Virus record (IMG/VR): IMGVR_UViG_3300042890_004365
Span: 1-64,000 of that record
Source: a virus
Lineage: Duplodnaviria > Caudoviricetes
DNA length: 64,000 bases
Strand: one strand, 5' to 3'
Below the pieces are notes generated by a model. The model was not told the DNA's origin. It did not search any database and saw only the letters and a program-made list of their open reading frames with translations. Positions 40,274 through 50,375 of the stretch are shown here, one piece after another. Made by a program: the position numbers and the translations under genes. Positions within the stretch are counted from its first letter, which is position 1; each line of letters starts with the position of its first letter.

Positions 40274-40951
40274 TTATTTCTTTGTGAAAAAACTTTTTAA
40301 ATGTTGCATTGGATTAGTTTTACCTTTCCCATATTTCCCAGTATCCATATTAAGTATAGCATTTTTTGTAAGTGGATAATCATACTCTTCTTCTGTATAA
40401 TTCATATTTCTCATATGATTATCATGTTCTGTATGTGAACTTTCTGGTCCACCTAAAAGAGGTTTCTCTTCCTGATTACTATGTGCTGTAATAAAGTTAA
40501 ATACTTCTTCAACATCATCCTTAGAGGATGTAATATGATCTGATGCCCAGTCATGTTCTTTTAACATTGTATCGATTTCTGTTCTATCCATTTCTAATAA
40601 CTTATCAACTAATCTTTTGATAGTTTCTAAGTTAGAGAAAAACATATAGTTCTCTTCTTCATTGTTCTCTTTAATTGCTTTAAGTTTACTTAAAGTTTTA
40701 GCTAACTCCAATCTTCTTTTTTTAGTAGCATCTTTTTTATCTAATTGAGTACCTGGTTTTTTCTTATCTTTATCCTTAGCTTTTAATTTAGAAAGTTCTG
40801 AATCGATTTCTTTTTTAGAAATTTTCTCATCATCTTTTTTACCTAAAGATTTTTTTAATGCACCTGGATGTTTAATTGCATCTTTGATCCAATTTTTCTT
40901 CTCATTGAACTCTTCTGAATTATCATTAAAGTTTTCAAATTTCTTAATCAT
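40274..40951 (-). CDS. Two-domain hypothetical protein (WIKDAIKHPGAL basic domain plus HDWASDH domain) with leader
   Basis: Starts MIKKFENF; ends MQHLKSFFTKK. Confidence 0.7.
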   Translation of the reverse strand: MIKKFENFNDNSEEFNEKKNWIKDAIKHPGALKKSLGKKDDEKISKKEIDSELSKLKAKDKDKKKPGTQLDKKDATKKRRLELAKTLSKLKAIKENNEEENYMFFSNLETIKRLVDKLLEMDRTEIDTMLKEHDWASDHITSSKDDVEEVFNFITAHSNQEEKPLLGGPESSHTEHDNHMRNMNYTEEEYDYPLTKNAILNMDTGKYGKGKTNPMQHLKSFFTKK

Positions 40952-40982
40952 AACTTTTTAATTATTTTTATAATACTATATA

Positions 40983-41888
40983 TTAAAGTTTTTTATCAAA
41001 TAAATACAAATCATATAAAGCATTACCCTTTACATTCTTAATACTTTTTAAAACATCGCCAGTGATAGAATCAAGTACTTTAAAAATTCCCAAATTTACT
41101 TGTTTATCAGTTAAAACTCTAACTGTGTTACCTGGTTGTCCTAATGCACCTAATACAGCAATATATTTATTACCATAAATACTTTTTAAGAATGATATTC
41201 TTAACCCAGCCATATCTTTATTGTTATTTACATAAACATTTTCAAATGGTTTCATTAAGTCTAATTTAGATTCTTCTGTTTCTTTAACTTGTATAGAAGC
41301 AAAAGTTTTATCTTTTTCACCAATAGTAACTTCTTCTCTGTTTTGAATTTTATTTTGATTTACAAGTGCTTGTTGATTTCTTCTAATTTCATTGAAATCT
41401 GCTCTAACAACAATACCACCTCTCATACCTTTATCATTCATATTATAACCTGCGGGAGGCAATCTATAGAACGATCCAGTAAAAGTCATAGAAAGTATCC
41501 TATCTGTTCTAAAAAGTCTCCAAATCTTGTTTATGTGTCTTCTTTGAGATACTGACCATCCATTTAAGTGCCAACCTCTCAATAACATCTTACCTTGAGA
41601 TGAACGTCCAAGTACCATAGGGTATATAACTCTCTCGTGACCAGCAAAGTGTTTATCTTTTTCTCCTTTGTAGTTTAGTAAAAACATCATACCATATTTA
41701 ATGGCTTTGGTCATTATTTGATCAGAATATTTAATCGGTTGATTGATAGGTATATTTGCAATATCCTTAACATTCTTTAATGAAAAACGTGGAATATACT
41801 CATTATCTTCTATTAAGTTATAATGTTCTTTAATAACAAACTCAACTGGTTTATTATTATAAAAGTCTCTAAGTTGTTTTAAATTCAT
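40983..41888 (-). CDS. WYL-domain-like protein
   Basis: NYKGE...ERVIYPMVLG...LLRGW...WRLFRTDRI pattern. Confidence 0.65.
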   Translation of the reverse strand: MNLKQLRDFYNNKPVEFVIKEHYNLIEDNEYIPRFSLKNVKDIANIPINQPIKYSDQIMTKAIKYGMMFLLNYKGEKDKHFAGHERVIYPMVLGRSSQGKMLLRGWHLNGWSVSQRRHINKIWRLFRTDRILSMTFTGSFYRLPPAGYNMNDKGMRGGIVVRADFNEIRRNQQALVNQNKIQNREEVTIGEKDKTFASIQVKETEESKLDLMKPFENVYVNNNKDMAGLRISFLKSIYGNKYIAVLGALGQPGNTVRVLTDKQVNLGIFKVLDSITGDVLKSIKNVKGNALYDLYLFDKKL

Positions 41889-41989
41889 AAACTATATATT
41901 AAATACATAATTCCTAAAAACAAAAAAGAGAAACATTTCTGTTTCTCTTTTTAAAATCCACTAAATGGAAAAAATAGTGTTCTGTTGGA

Positions 41990-42178
41990 TTACTTAGCTA
42001 CCTCAGTAGTTTTAGTAGTGTCAACAGTTGTTGAATCTACAGCAGTTGTATCAACTTTAGTAGTATCAACAGCAGTTGTATCAACAGTTGTTGTAGTTGC
42101 ATCTACAGTTTCAGTTTTTTTGCAAGATGTTAAAGAAATTGCAGCGATTGCCATTACAGCGAATAATACTTTTTTCAT
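41990..42178 (-). CDS. Small Bacteroidota-type lipoprotein with VD(T/S)Tx repeats
   Basis: Signal MKKVLFAVMAIAAISLTS-C (lipobox); mature part is VDTTA/VDTTK/VDSTT repeats. Confidence 0.8.
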   Translation of the reverse strand: MKKVLFAVMAIAAISLTSCKKTETVDATTTTVDTTAVDTTKVDTTAVDSTTVDTTKTTEVAK

Positions 42179-42296
42179 AGTTTTTTGTTTTTTTAATTTT
42201 TTTACATGATTATATATCATGAAAATTATCCTTTGTTTAGTAAAAAGTGAAAATATTTTTTTAATATATAGTTCTAATAAAAAACATAATTAAATA

Positions 42297-43019
42297 ATGT
42301 CAATAAACAGTAGAGAAGATGCAAATAAATATTATCAAGTAGTAAATAAGCTAGTTGATGAATATATTGATAAATGGAAAATTAAACCTACTAACTTAAA
42401 AAGATATTTAAAGAATGGTTCCGATAAATTTGAAAAGTTTATAGATAGAAATGGTTTAAAAGACATAAATGGTATTAAACAGGTTATAAATGATGTTATT
42501 GAAGATAGAGTTCATATGGAATCAGATGGAGTTTTAACATTTGAAAGTTTTAAAGTATTTGAATCAGACGAATTTAAAATTACTTCAATTATTCAATGTC
42601 TTTATAAAGGTATTGGCAAAACTGATATTAAAGCAGAGAAGTTTTTGGCAGATTATTTTGATGCAAATTTAAGTCAGATAGATATAGTTGATACAGATAA
42701 ACATATGTTTAAAATTAGTAATTGGGAAAATGAAGATCTTTTAGTAATTGTTTATAATAAAGATGAATTTGATATTATCAAAGAGAATATAAAAGAACAT
42801 TTATATGATGAACTTCTTAAACAACAAATTGATTTAATTGTTGGTGTGTCTTTAAAACTAAATACAATTATAGATAAAGATAAATTTAATACAGATATAG
42901 AATCTAAGTTGAGTGATAGTCTAATAACTGATTTAATAAATGATTCTCTTGAAATGAACTATACAAAGTTTGATTTTGAAAAAACAGATGATTATTATCT
43001 TTGGATTAAGAAACAATAA
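42297..43019 (+). CDS. Hypothetical protein
   Basis: 240-aa ORF with TAATATATA box and downstream hairpin. Confidence 0.7.
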   Translation: MSINSREDANKYYQVVNKLVDEYIDKWKIKPTNLKRYLKNGSDKFEKFIDRNGLKDINGIKQVINDVIEDRVHMESDGVLTFESFKVFESDEFKITSIIQCLYKGIGKTDIKAEKFLADYFDANLSQIDIVDTDKHMFKISNWENEDLLVIVYNKDEFDIIKENIKEHLYDELLKQQIDLIVGVSLKLNTIIDKDKFNTDIESKLSDSLITDLINDSLEMNYTKFDFEKTDDYYLWIKKQ

Positions 43020-43099
43020 ATAAAAAGAGAGTTATAACTCTCTTTTTTTATTTTATGAGAATAATATTTTAATATATACATAAAAATATTAAATTATAT

Positions 43100-44134
43100 A
43101 TGCCAGTTTTATATACATCATTTGCAAGTCCCATCGTCTCTAGAAGGTGGAGTGACGTACAGGAATTATTAAACCAGTTACAAGATAATAATGCAAATCT
43201 TATTTTTGCAGAAGATGTTAGAGATGCGGTATATACACTTTGGGAAAGAGTAGAAGAAGTGGCTATAGTTGCGGCTTCTGCGTCATTGGCATCACCATAT
43301 TTTCAAAATCCAAATCCTACAACTATTGAAGTAGGTGGTATTGCAGAAGGAACAACATTCTCTACTCCACAAACAGTTCAACAAATGTTTGATGCTCTTT
43401 TATATCCATATGTGGCACCAATATTAAGTTTATCTGGACTTTTCGGACAACCTTTAACTAATAAAGAATATGGTGCACCTCTAAATTCAACATTACTTTG
43501 GAGTGTTACTAAGAAATCTAATACAATCACATCAATTAATGTTAATAGTCAAATAATACTTCCAGTAAATGGTGGTGATCAAAGTGGAATAAGGGGAGTA
43601 ACGGGAACATGGAGTACTCCAGCAGTTTCTACTCTAAATACCTTTACAATGAGTGTTAGTGATGGAACAAATACAACCTCAACAAGTACATCATACGAGT
43701 GGATGAATAAAATATATTGGGGAAGATTAGATCTTACATCAATATTAAATCCAGACTTATCAGATCCTAATACACGTAATTCACGTATTAATACTATTGT
43801 TACAAATTTTTTCCCTAACTCTAGTAGTGGAAGTGCACGAATTCGAGGATTGACTGGAGCAGGTGTTTCTCCAGGTAATATTTTATCTAAAGTAAAGAAT
43901 AAAACTTATACTAATATAAATGGTGCTGGTGGATATTTAGTATTTGCTTGGCCAAGTAGTGTTCCAAATGCAACAACACCAGAATTTAAAGTAAATGGAT
44001 TTACAAGTACGGGGTTTAGTCCACTATTAACTAATTTTAGTTTTATAAACACATATGGTATTATAACAAACTATGAGGTTTGGATATCACATACCGCACA
44101 GAATTCACCATTGAATCCAGTAATAATAAGTTAA
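43100..44134 (+). CDS. Probable virion structural protein (Ig-like/beta-rich), partner of the tail fibre
   Basis: VGGIAEGT...LLYPYVAP...IYWG...YLVFAWP pattern; late box. Confidence 0.55.
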   Translation: MPVLYTSFASPIVSRRWSDVQELLNQLQDNNANLIFAEDVRDAVYTLWERVEEVAIVAASASLASPYFQNPNPTTIEVGGIAEGTTFSTPQTVQQMFDALLYPYVAPILSLSGLFGQPLTNKEYGAPLNSTLLWSVTKKSNTITSINVNSQIILPVNGGDQSGIRGVTGTWSTPAVSTLNTFTMSVSDGTNTTSTSTSYEWMNKIYWGRLDLTSILNPDLSDPNTRNSRINTIVTNFFPNSSSGSARIRGLTGAGVSPGNILSKVKNKTYTNINGAGGYLVFAWPSSVPNATTPEFKVNGFTSTGFSPLLTNFSFINTYGIITNYEVWISHTAQNSPLNPVIIS

Positions 44135-44152
44135 AAAAAATATAGAATATAA

Positions 44153-47100
44153 ATGCAAAATTCAGGAACTTTAATATCAGCACCAATTCGTCCAAATGAT
44201 TCATTAGATCAATATGCATCAGCATTTGCTAATGAAATAAAAGGTGGTTCACATGGATATGAAACATATGTTGAAATGTTTGACATAATAGAAGCAAGAA
44301 GAGAGTGGGGTATGTTAGTAAATGTTTACAATGATTCTGATCCTGATCTTAACGGTACATATCAACTTAAACATGGTTATTATAATAACGATATATTAGA
44401 TAACTCAAATTGGGAAAAACTCAATTTAGGCGAGAATACATCAACTGAATGGGTTGACTCAGTAATTTCAATTTTAACTATTGAGCCTACATTAGAACCT
44501 TTTCCAGGTCACAGATACTTACTTGGAACTATTCCTAGTTTATCTCCATTAGGCACAAACTGGGATAATTATTCATATGGAACAATAATTGTAGAGTATA
44601 GTAACGTAGGTTTATGGAAAGTTACTATTCCAACTAATGGTATGACTGTTAGAGTTGATAATGATAATAATTCAATTTATAAATATGAGGGGACTTATCC
44701 TAATGGAATATGGAAGCAAGAGAAGATAACACAAGTTTTTTATATTGAACCTTCAGGAAATGGTTTAACTTACTCAGTAAGTACTGATCCAATATTTAAC
44801 GAATATAGTAGAGACTTAATATTTTTAACTAAATTTAATACAGCCAATAATGGTACAGCATCAATCAATATAAATGGATTAGGATATAAAGATATTAAAA
44901 TTGCAACTAAAAATGGAGTAAGAGATCTTATAATAACTGATATTATAACAAATGGTATTTATAGTTTAACATATAATGGAACCTACTTTCAAATGACTAA
45001 ACCATTTCCATCAGATGCTTATAATATTCAATATTATATAGGACCTGGTGAGGTTGTTACTGTTGAAGAAAATGAACAGTATTGGGTCTATGGTGATTTA
45101 ACAATAGACGGGGGTGTAATGCAGAACTATGGACATGTAGTTATAGCAAATGGTGCAGTAAATCTTGTAAATGGTGGTGCTTTTAATAATAATATGGCAG
45201 GTGAGTTGATTTTAGTTGACTTAACAAATACTATTGCTTTTAATACGACTGATACTATTCAATTATCATCAGAGATGACTGTAAATGGTCCTTCTGTCTC
45301 TGCAATAGTTTTAGATAATAGTTTAAAAACAAATCATCTAAATTCAATAAACACAGCAACCGCAAGTTGGATTGTTTCTAATGATGGAAATGGTTCATTT
45401 CAATGGGAAGAATTTAATGCATTATCTTTAAGTTATGTACCATCCGGACTAACATTAACAGCAAATAATGTACAAGGTGCTATAGATCAATTAGATTCAT
45501 TAGTAACAGATGATAATGTAATAATGGTTAAAAAGGGTGCAACTGGTTCAGGTCAATATGAAACAATTAATGAGGCATTGGATTCAATACTAAGTCCATC
45601 TGTTACAAATAGATGGACAATTGCAGTAGGTGCAGGTGATTTCTATGAAGATACAATTACAATGAAACCCTGGGTTAATATTGTAGGACGTGATAGAACA
45701 ACAAGAATTATTGCAGCAACTTCAAGTCAACATGTCTTTATTGGTGCTGACTTCGCATCTGTTATATCTTGTTTAGTTACAGGAGCTGGACCTGGATATG
45801 CGGCATTTTATCATACATCTCCAACGGGTACTGCACAAAGTGCATTTGTTATAAAAGATGTTATATTTGGTGAAAATGATAGTCATGTTATTTGTTATGC
45901 AGATACAAATCAAACAACCGTACAAGTTATTGATTGTAGATATGGTGATGATTTTATATTTGATAAAGGGTTTTATGCTTATAATAATAGTTTTCCAACA
46001 CCTAGTTCAGTTGCAGCAAGAATATTACTTTTACATTGTTATTCACAAGGTATGTCTGCAGTTACAAAACCTACATATTTTGCCAAAGCAAGTGGTGAAA
46101 ATTGTGAAATTGTAATGAACTCTGTTCAAGCAAATGCAGCGGGCACTATTCAATTAGGAACAACATTTTTAATTATAGAGAATGGTGCAAAATGTAGATT
46201 AAATGCAGTAAACTTCACAAATTGGGATAAAGGAATTTGGGTTCCTTTTTTAAATATTGTTGGTGAACTTGGTTCTAAACTAATTGGAGTTGCTGTTTCT
46301 TGTCAAAGTACAAATGATCATATACTTATTGAAAATGAAGATACTTATGGACAATTAAGTGGAACTTTTGAGAAAGCAAAAGTTACAACTTTATCATCTG
46401 ATGTTAGTTTAACTTATGCAGATCCAGAAGTTGGTGACTTTACTATTGCAGGTGGATTAAATGTTACTTATACACCAACGGTAACTACTGATATTTCTAC
46501 ACTTATAGAAAGATCATCTACAATGGGTGTTATTGAAGGTGGTTACATAACAGAAGGTTTAGGATTAACTTTAAGTGTGGCTGCTGGTTTTGGTTATTAT
46601 CATATTAATAGTAGTAATATATTAAATAGATTTGATTGGCCAACAACAGAGATAAGTATTCCATCAAACTCAACATATTATATTTATTTTAACTCATCAA
46701 ATCAACTAATTTATGATGTTAGTATTCCTGATACATCAGAAAATATACTATTAGGTAGAGTAAGAACTAACACAATAGGATTTGAGTTTATTGAAAGGAC
46801 ACCTTTATTTGCTGAACATTGGGCAAATAAAGCAACTAAATTATTTAGAAAAGGTATTGGTCCAGTTTACTCAAATGGTTCTATTGTTAGTGAAAATGCA
46901 ACTCAATCATTACATTTAGATGTGTCACAAGGTACTTACTATTATGGTGCCAATGAGTTTAATCCAGCAGGTGGAACTGATATTACATTTGAAAGCTATA
47001 GACCTGATGGGTTAGGTGATTGGATAGTAGTTGCTACTAATTCAGTAGATAATACTTATTATTCAGGTACTAACTCACTAATTGCATTAAGTACTGGTTA

Positions 47101-48901
47101 TTTTGCAAAACACTCACTATATTTAGTAGGAGATAATGGTGAAGAAAGATATTTTATGGTTTATGATAACTCAGAACATATTGATTTATTATCTGCACAG
47201 GTTGCTTCTTTACCAATACCACCAAGTTATTTTAGTGATGCAGTAGCACTTATTGCAGGTATTGTAGTTCAACAAGGAACTTCAAGTATTGTAGAGATTA
47301 GAGATCAAAGACCAGTAGTTGGGTTTAGAGCCGCAGGAATTAATGCATCTGCAGACCACTCTTCATTAATAAACTTAGCTGCGGATGACCATCAACAATA
47401 CTTATTAACAAATGGTGCAAGAATATTAACTGGTGATTTACAAATGGGCAGTTACTCTATTCAAGGTGTTAATCTAATCAACTCAATTAATATAGAATCA
47501 CACGCATCAAGACATTTACCTGGTGCAATTGACGGATTATTAACTGGTACACCATCAACAATTGGAGTTACTAATCAAATTGGTAGTATAGCAGCATTTG
47601 CAAGACAAGACCATATTCATGCTCACGGTAATTTAGATGGTGGTTCATTACACGCTTTAGTAACTACTACACAATCAGGATTTATGTCTTTTGGAGATAA
47701 AGTTATATTGGATAATATTACAAGTTCAACACAATCTTTAACTAATAAAGGTATTACTGGTTCAACTAACTATGTTGATGCAAATGGATTGAAAACAACA
47801 ACAGATCCAGTTTATATTGTTTCTACTGCACCAAGTATTGGACAAGTTTTAATATCAACATCAGCAACTCAGGCAACTTGGCAAACTATTCCTACAGGTA
47901 CACCATCAACAATTGGTACTGTTAGTCAGATTGGTACAAGTTCAAACTATGCAAGACAAGACCATATACATTCACATGGTGACCAAGCAGGTGGTAGTTT
48001 ACACGCAACTGCATCTACAACAACTGCTGGGTTTATGTCTGCTAATGATAAAGTTATATTAGATAATATTACAAGTTCAACTCAATCTTTAACTAATAAG
48101 ACAATTATTGGAACAACTAACTATGTTGATACAAATGGATTGAAAACAACAACCAATCCAGTTTATATTGTGGCTACAGCACCAAGTGTTAATCAAGTCT
48201 TAATGGCTATATCTGCTACTCAAGCAACTTGGCAAACACCTGCTTTGGCAACTAGTACTCAATCAGGATTTATGTCTTTTGGAGATAAAGTTATATTGGA
48301 TAATATAACAAGTTCAACACAATCTTTAACTAATAAAGGTATAACAGGATCAACTAACTATGTAGAAACAAATGCATTAAAAACAAATACAAATCCAGTT
48401 TATATAGTGGCAACTGCACCAAGTATAGGACAAGTATTAACTGCGGTATCTGCAACTGCAGCAACTTGGCAAACACCAACTGCTGCCAGTACACAAAAAA
48501 ATCCAACAGATCCTACAGTAACATCTTCTACAGTTGGTGTAATGATGGGATTATCTGCATCTATAACACCTGTATTATCTGGTAAGATAATGATTATTAT
48601 ATCAGGAGATATGGACAATGATACAGGTGATGATGGTGCACAAGTACAAATGATAACTGGAACTGGAACACCACCAATAAATGGTGCTGCCTTAACTGGT
48701 ACTACACAAGGTGGTTTAGTTAAAATGAGTGTTGTTGTATCAGGTGGTGCAACAGCAGTAACAAGAGTACCATTCTCATTAAATGCAATTGTAACTGGAT
48801 TAACATTAAATACTGCAGTTTGGATTGATATAAGTTTGGCTGCAATTGGTGCTGGTAATGCAAGAGTTAGAGATGTAAGTATTTCAGTAGTTGAATTATA
48901 A
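44153..48901 (+). CDS. Long tail fibre / receptor-binding protein
   Basis: 1582 aa, Thr/Ser/Gly-rich; beta-helix-like middle; HASRH, DDHQQY and DHIH motifs; C-terminal internal repeats. Confidence 0.7.
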   Translation: MQNSGTLISAPIRPNDSLDQYASAFANEIKGGSHGYETYVEMFDIIEARREWGMLVNVYNDSDPDLNGTYQLKHGYYNNDILDNSNWEKLNLGENTSTEWVDSVISILTIEPTLEPFPGHRYLLGTIPSLSPLGTNWDNYSYGTIIVEYSNVGLWKVTIPTNGMTVRVDNDNNSIYKYEGTYPNGIWKQEKITQVFYIEPSGNGLTYSVSTDPIFNEYSRDLIFLTKFNTANNGTASININGLGYKDIKIATKNGVRDLIITDIITNGIYSLTYNGTYFQMTKPFPSDAYNIQYYIGPGEVVTVEENEQYWVYGDLTIDGGVMQNYGHVVIANGAVNLVNGGAFNNNMAGELILVDLTNTIAFNTTDTIQLSSEMTVNGPSVSAIVLDNSLKTNHLNSINTATASWIVSNDGNGSFQWEEFNALSLSYVPSGLTLTANNVQGAIDQLDSLVTDDNVIMVKKGATGSGQYETINEALDSILSPSVTNRWTIAVGAGDFYEDTITMKPWVNIVGRDRTTRIIAATSSQHVFIGADFASVISCLVTGAGPGYAAFYHTSPTGTAQSAFVIKDVIFGENDSHVICYADTNQTTVQVIDCRYGDDFIFDKGFYAYNNSFPTPSSVAARILLLHCYSQGMSAVTKPTYFAKASGENCEIVMNSVQANAAGTIQLGTTFLIIENGAKCRLNAVNFTNWDKGIWVPFLNIVGELGSKLIGVAVSCQSTNDHILIENEDTYGQLSGTFEKAKVTTLSSDVSLTYADPEVGDFTIAGGLNVTYTPTVTTDISTLIERSSTMGVIEGGYITEGLGLTLSVAAGFGYYHINSSNILNRFDWPTTEISIPSNSTYYIYFNSSNQLIYDVSIPDTSENILLGRVRTNTIGFEFIERTPLFAEHWANKATKLFRKGIGPVYSNGSIVSENATQSLHLDVSQGTYYYGANEFNPAGGTDITFESYRPDGLGDWIVVATNSVDNTYYSGTNSLIALSTGYFAKHSLYLVGDNGEERYFMVYDNSEHIDLLSAQVASLPIPPSYFSDAVALIAGIVVQQGTSSIVEIRDQRPVVGFRAAGINASADHSSLINLAADDHQQYLLTNGARILTGDLQMGSYSIQGVNLINSINIESHASRHLPGAIDGLLTGTPSTIGVTNQIGSIAAFARQDHIHAHGNLDGGSLHALVTTTQSGFMSFGDKVILDNITSSTQSLTNKGITGSTNYVDANGLKTTTDPVYIVSTAPSIGQVLISTSATQATWQTIPTGTPSTIGTVSQIGTSSNYARQDHIHSHGDQAGGSLHATASTTTAGFMSANDKVILDNITSSTQSLTNKTIIGTTNYVDTNGLKTTTNPVYIVATAPSVNQVLMAISATQATWQTPALATSTQSGFMSFGDKVILDNITSSTQSLTNKGITGSTNYVETNALKTNTNPVYIVATAPSIGQVLTAVSATAATWQTPTAASTQKNPTDPTVTSSTVGVMMGLSASITPVLSGKIMIIISGDMDNDTGDDGAQVQMITGTGTPPINGAALTGTTQGGLVKMSVVVSGGATAVTRVPFSLNAIVTGLTLNTAVWIDISLAAIGAGNARVRDVSISVVEL
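47543..48477 (+). repeat. Internal repeats in the fibre gene (two 351-nt units plus a third partial unit)
   Basis: GGTACACCATCAACAATTGG at about 47546 and 47897; the GFMS..DKVILDNITSSTQSLTNK...ATWQT block occurs three times. Confidence 0.85.
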
Positions 48902-48911
48902 TATATAGTAT

Positions 48912-49658
48912 ATGAAAGTAGATAAATATTTTGAATTTGTACAAGCTGATTTTGAACCAGTAAAATCATTTCACTTAAAAGATGAATTGAATCCTAAAAT
49001 ATGGACTGATTTTGAAATTGATGAAGAAGTAAGGGAAAATCTATTAAGAATCGCACAAGACTTTTACAACTCGACTACTTTAGAAGCTGATGTAAAAGAT
49101 GTTGTTCTAACAGGTTCATTATCAAACTATAACTGGTCTGAAAAATACTCAGATTATGACTTACATATATTAATAGATTTTACTGAAGTTAATGAAGATA
49201 TAGAATTAGTTAAAAAATATGTAGACTCCGCAAAAAATAACTTTAACAAAGAACATGATATTAATATCAAAGGTTATGAAGTAGAAGTTTATATACAAGA
49301 TGTTTCAGAAGATCACAAAGCAAGTGGTATGTTTTCACTACTTAACAATAAATGGTTAGTAAAACCCGAAAAAGTTGATTTTGAACCAGATGATGAACAA
49401 ATCAGAGAGAAAGGTAAATCAGTAATGATGTTGATTGATGATTTAGAAGATGAAGTAGATGAAGACAAATATGAACAATTTAGTGAAAAGATTAAAAAAG
49501 TTTGGGAAAAGATTAAAAACTATAGAAAAAGTGGATTAGAAAGTGAAGGTGGTGAGTTTTCACTAGGTAATTTAGTATTTAAGCTTCTAAGAAGAAATGG
49601 GTATATTGAAAAAGTTATGAAACTTAAAAGATATGCTTATGATAAACAATTTGAATAA
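48912..49658 (+). CDS. Pol-beta superfamily nucleotidyltransferase
   Basis: LTGSLSNYNWS..SDYDLH, EVEVY, GEFSLGNLVFKLLRR motifs. Confidence 0.8.
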   Translation: MKVDKYFEFVQADFEPVKSFHLKDELNPKIWTDFEIDEEVRENLLRIAQDFYNSTTLEADVKDVVLTGSLSNYNWSEKYSDYDLHILIDFTEVNEDIELVKKYVDSAKNNFNKEHDINIKGYEVEVYIQDVSEDHKASGMFSLLNNKWLVKPEKVDFEPDDEQIREKGKSVMMLIDDLEDEVDEDKYEQFSEKIKKVWEKIKNYRKSGLESEGGEFSLGNLVFKLLRRNGYIEKVMKLKRYAYDKQFE

Positions 49659-49660
49659 TT

Positions 49661-50365
49661 ATGAACATTAGAATAGAGGAAATAGAAACAGCTTTTAAAG
49701 AGATTTTCAGCGAAGAAGATGGTGTAGTTACATCAATAGACACAGTTTATGAAAAATCTGATGATGAACAGTTTTTAAAACTTGTAATTTGTTTACACGG
49801 TTTATCAACTGAAGACATATCTATTATACACACCAAATTTATATTTAAAACTGATCTGAATAAAAGAAATATTATTGATAATTCATTTTTATATCTTTAT
49901 GATATAAACTGTGTTTATCATAAAATAGAATTTACTAGTATTATCGATATGAAAAAGAAAATTGATGATATTATTGAATCCAATAACTTTGGAGAAGATA
50001 TACAAATACTTTCCGACTTTATCGAAGCACCTGCAATGTTCTTAAATTACTATATGAAAAGAGCAAAGATTACAGAATATTCAGTATTTGAAGTAGAATA
50101 TGAACCTAAGTTTAAAATGGTTTCTTGTGATAAAACTACATTCGACTTTAAAGTAAATATAAATAATAGTTATGATATTGAATTATCAATACATAAAATT
50201 GATAAAGACATTACAGAAGATCCAGAAGATCAGGATAAATATAAATTCCAATTTAGATTTATGGATGAAATAGAAACAATTGAAGTTGATGGAATTAAAA
50301 ACATTCACTATTTAATTGGTTCTAATATTGCCAAACTATTAGATAGAAAGTTAAAAAATCAATAA
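49661..50365 (+). CDS. Hypothetical protein
   Basis: 234-aa ORF starting 2 nt after the nucleotidyltransferase stop. Confidence 0.7.
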   Translation: MNIRIEEIETAFKEIFSEEDGVVTSIDTVYEKSDDEQFLKLVICLHGLSTEDISIIHTKFIFKTDLNKRNIIDNSFLYLYDINCVYHKIEFTSIIDMKKKIDDIIESNNFGEDIQILSDFIEAPAMFLNYYMKRAKITEYSVFEVEYEPKFKMVSCDKTTFDFKVNINNSYDIELSIHKIDKDITEDPEDQDKYKFQFRFMDEIETIEVDGIKNIHYLIGSNIAKLLDRKLKNQ

Positions 50366-50375
50366 AAAAAGAGGA

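Noticed and set aside
41985-42209. Plus-strand Val/Ser/Thr-rich ORF
   Set aside because: Antisense shadow of the lipoprotein, which has a clear signal peptide and promoter.
47543-48477. Fibre repeats as DGR template/variable repeats
   Set aside because: All copies lie inside one ORF, differences are not adenine-specific and no reverse transcriptase is seen in the window.
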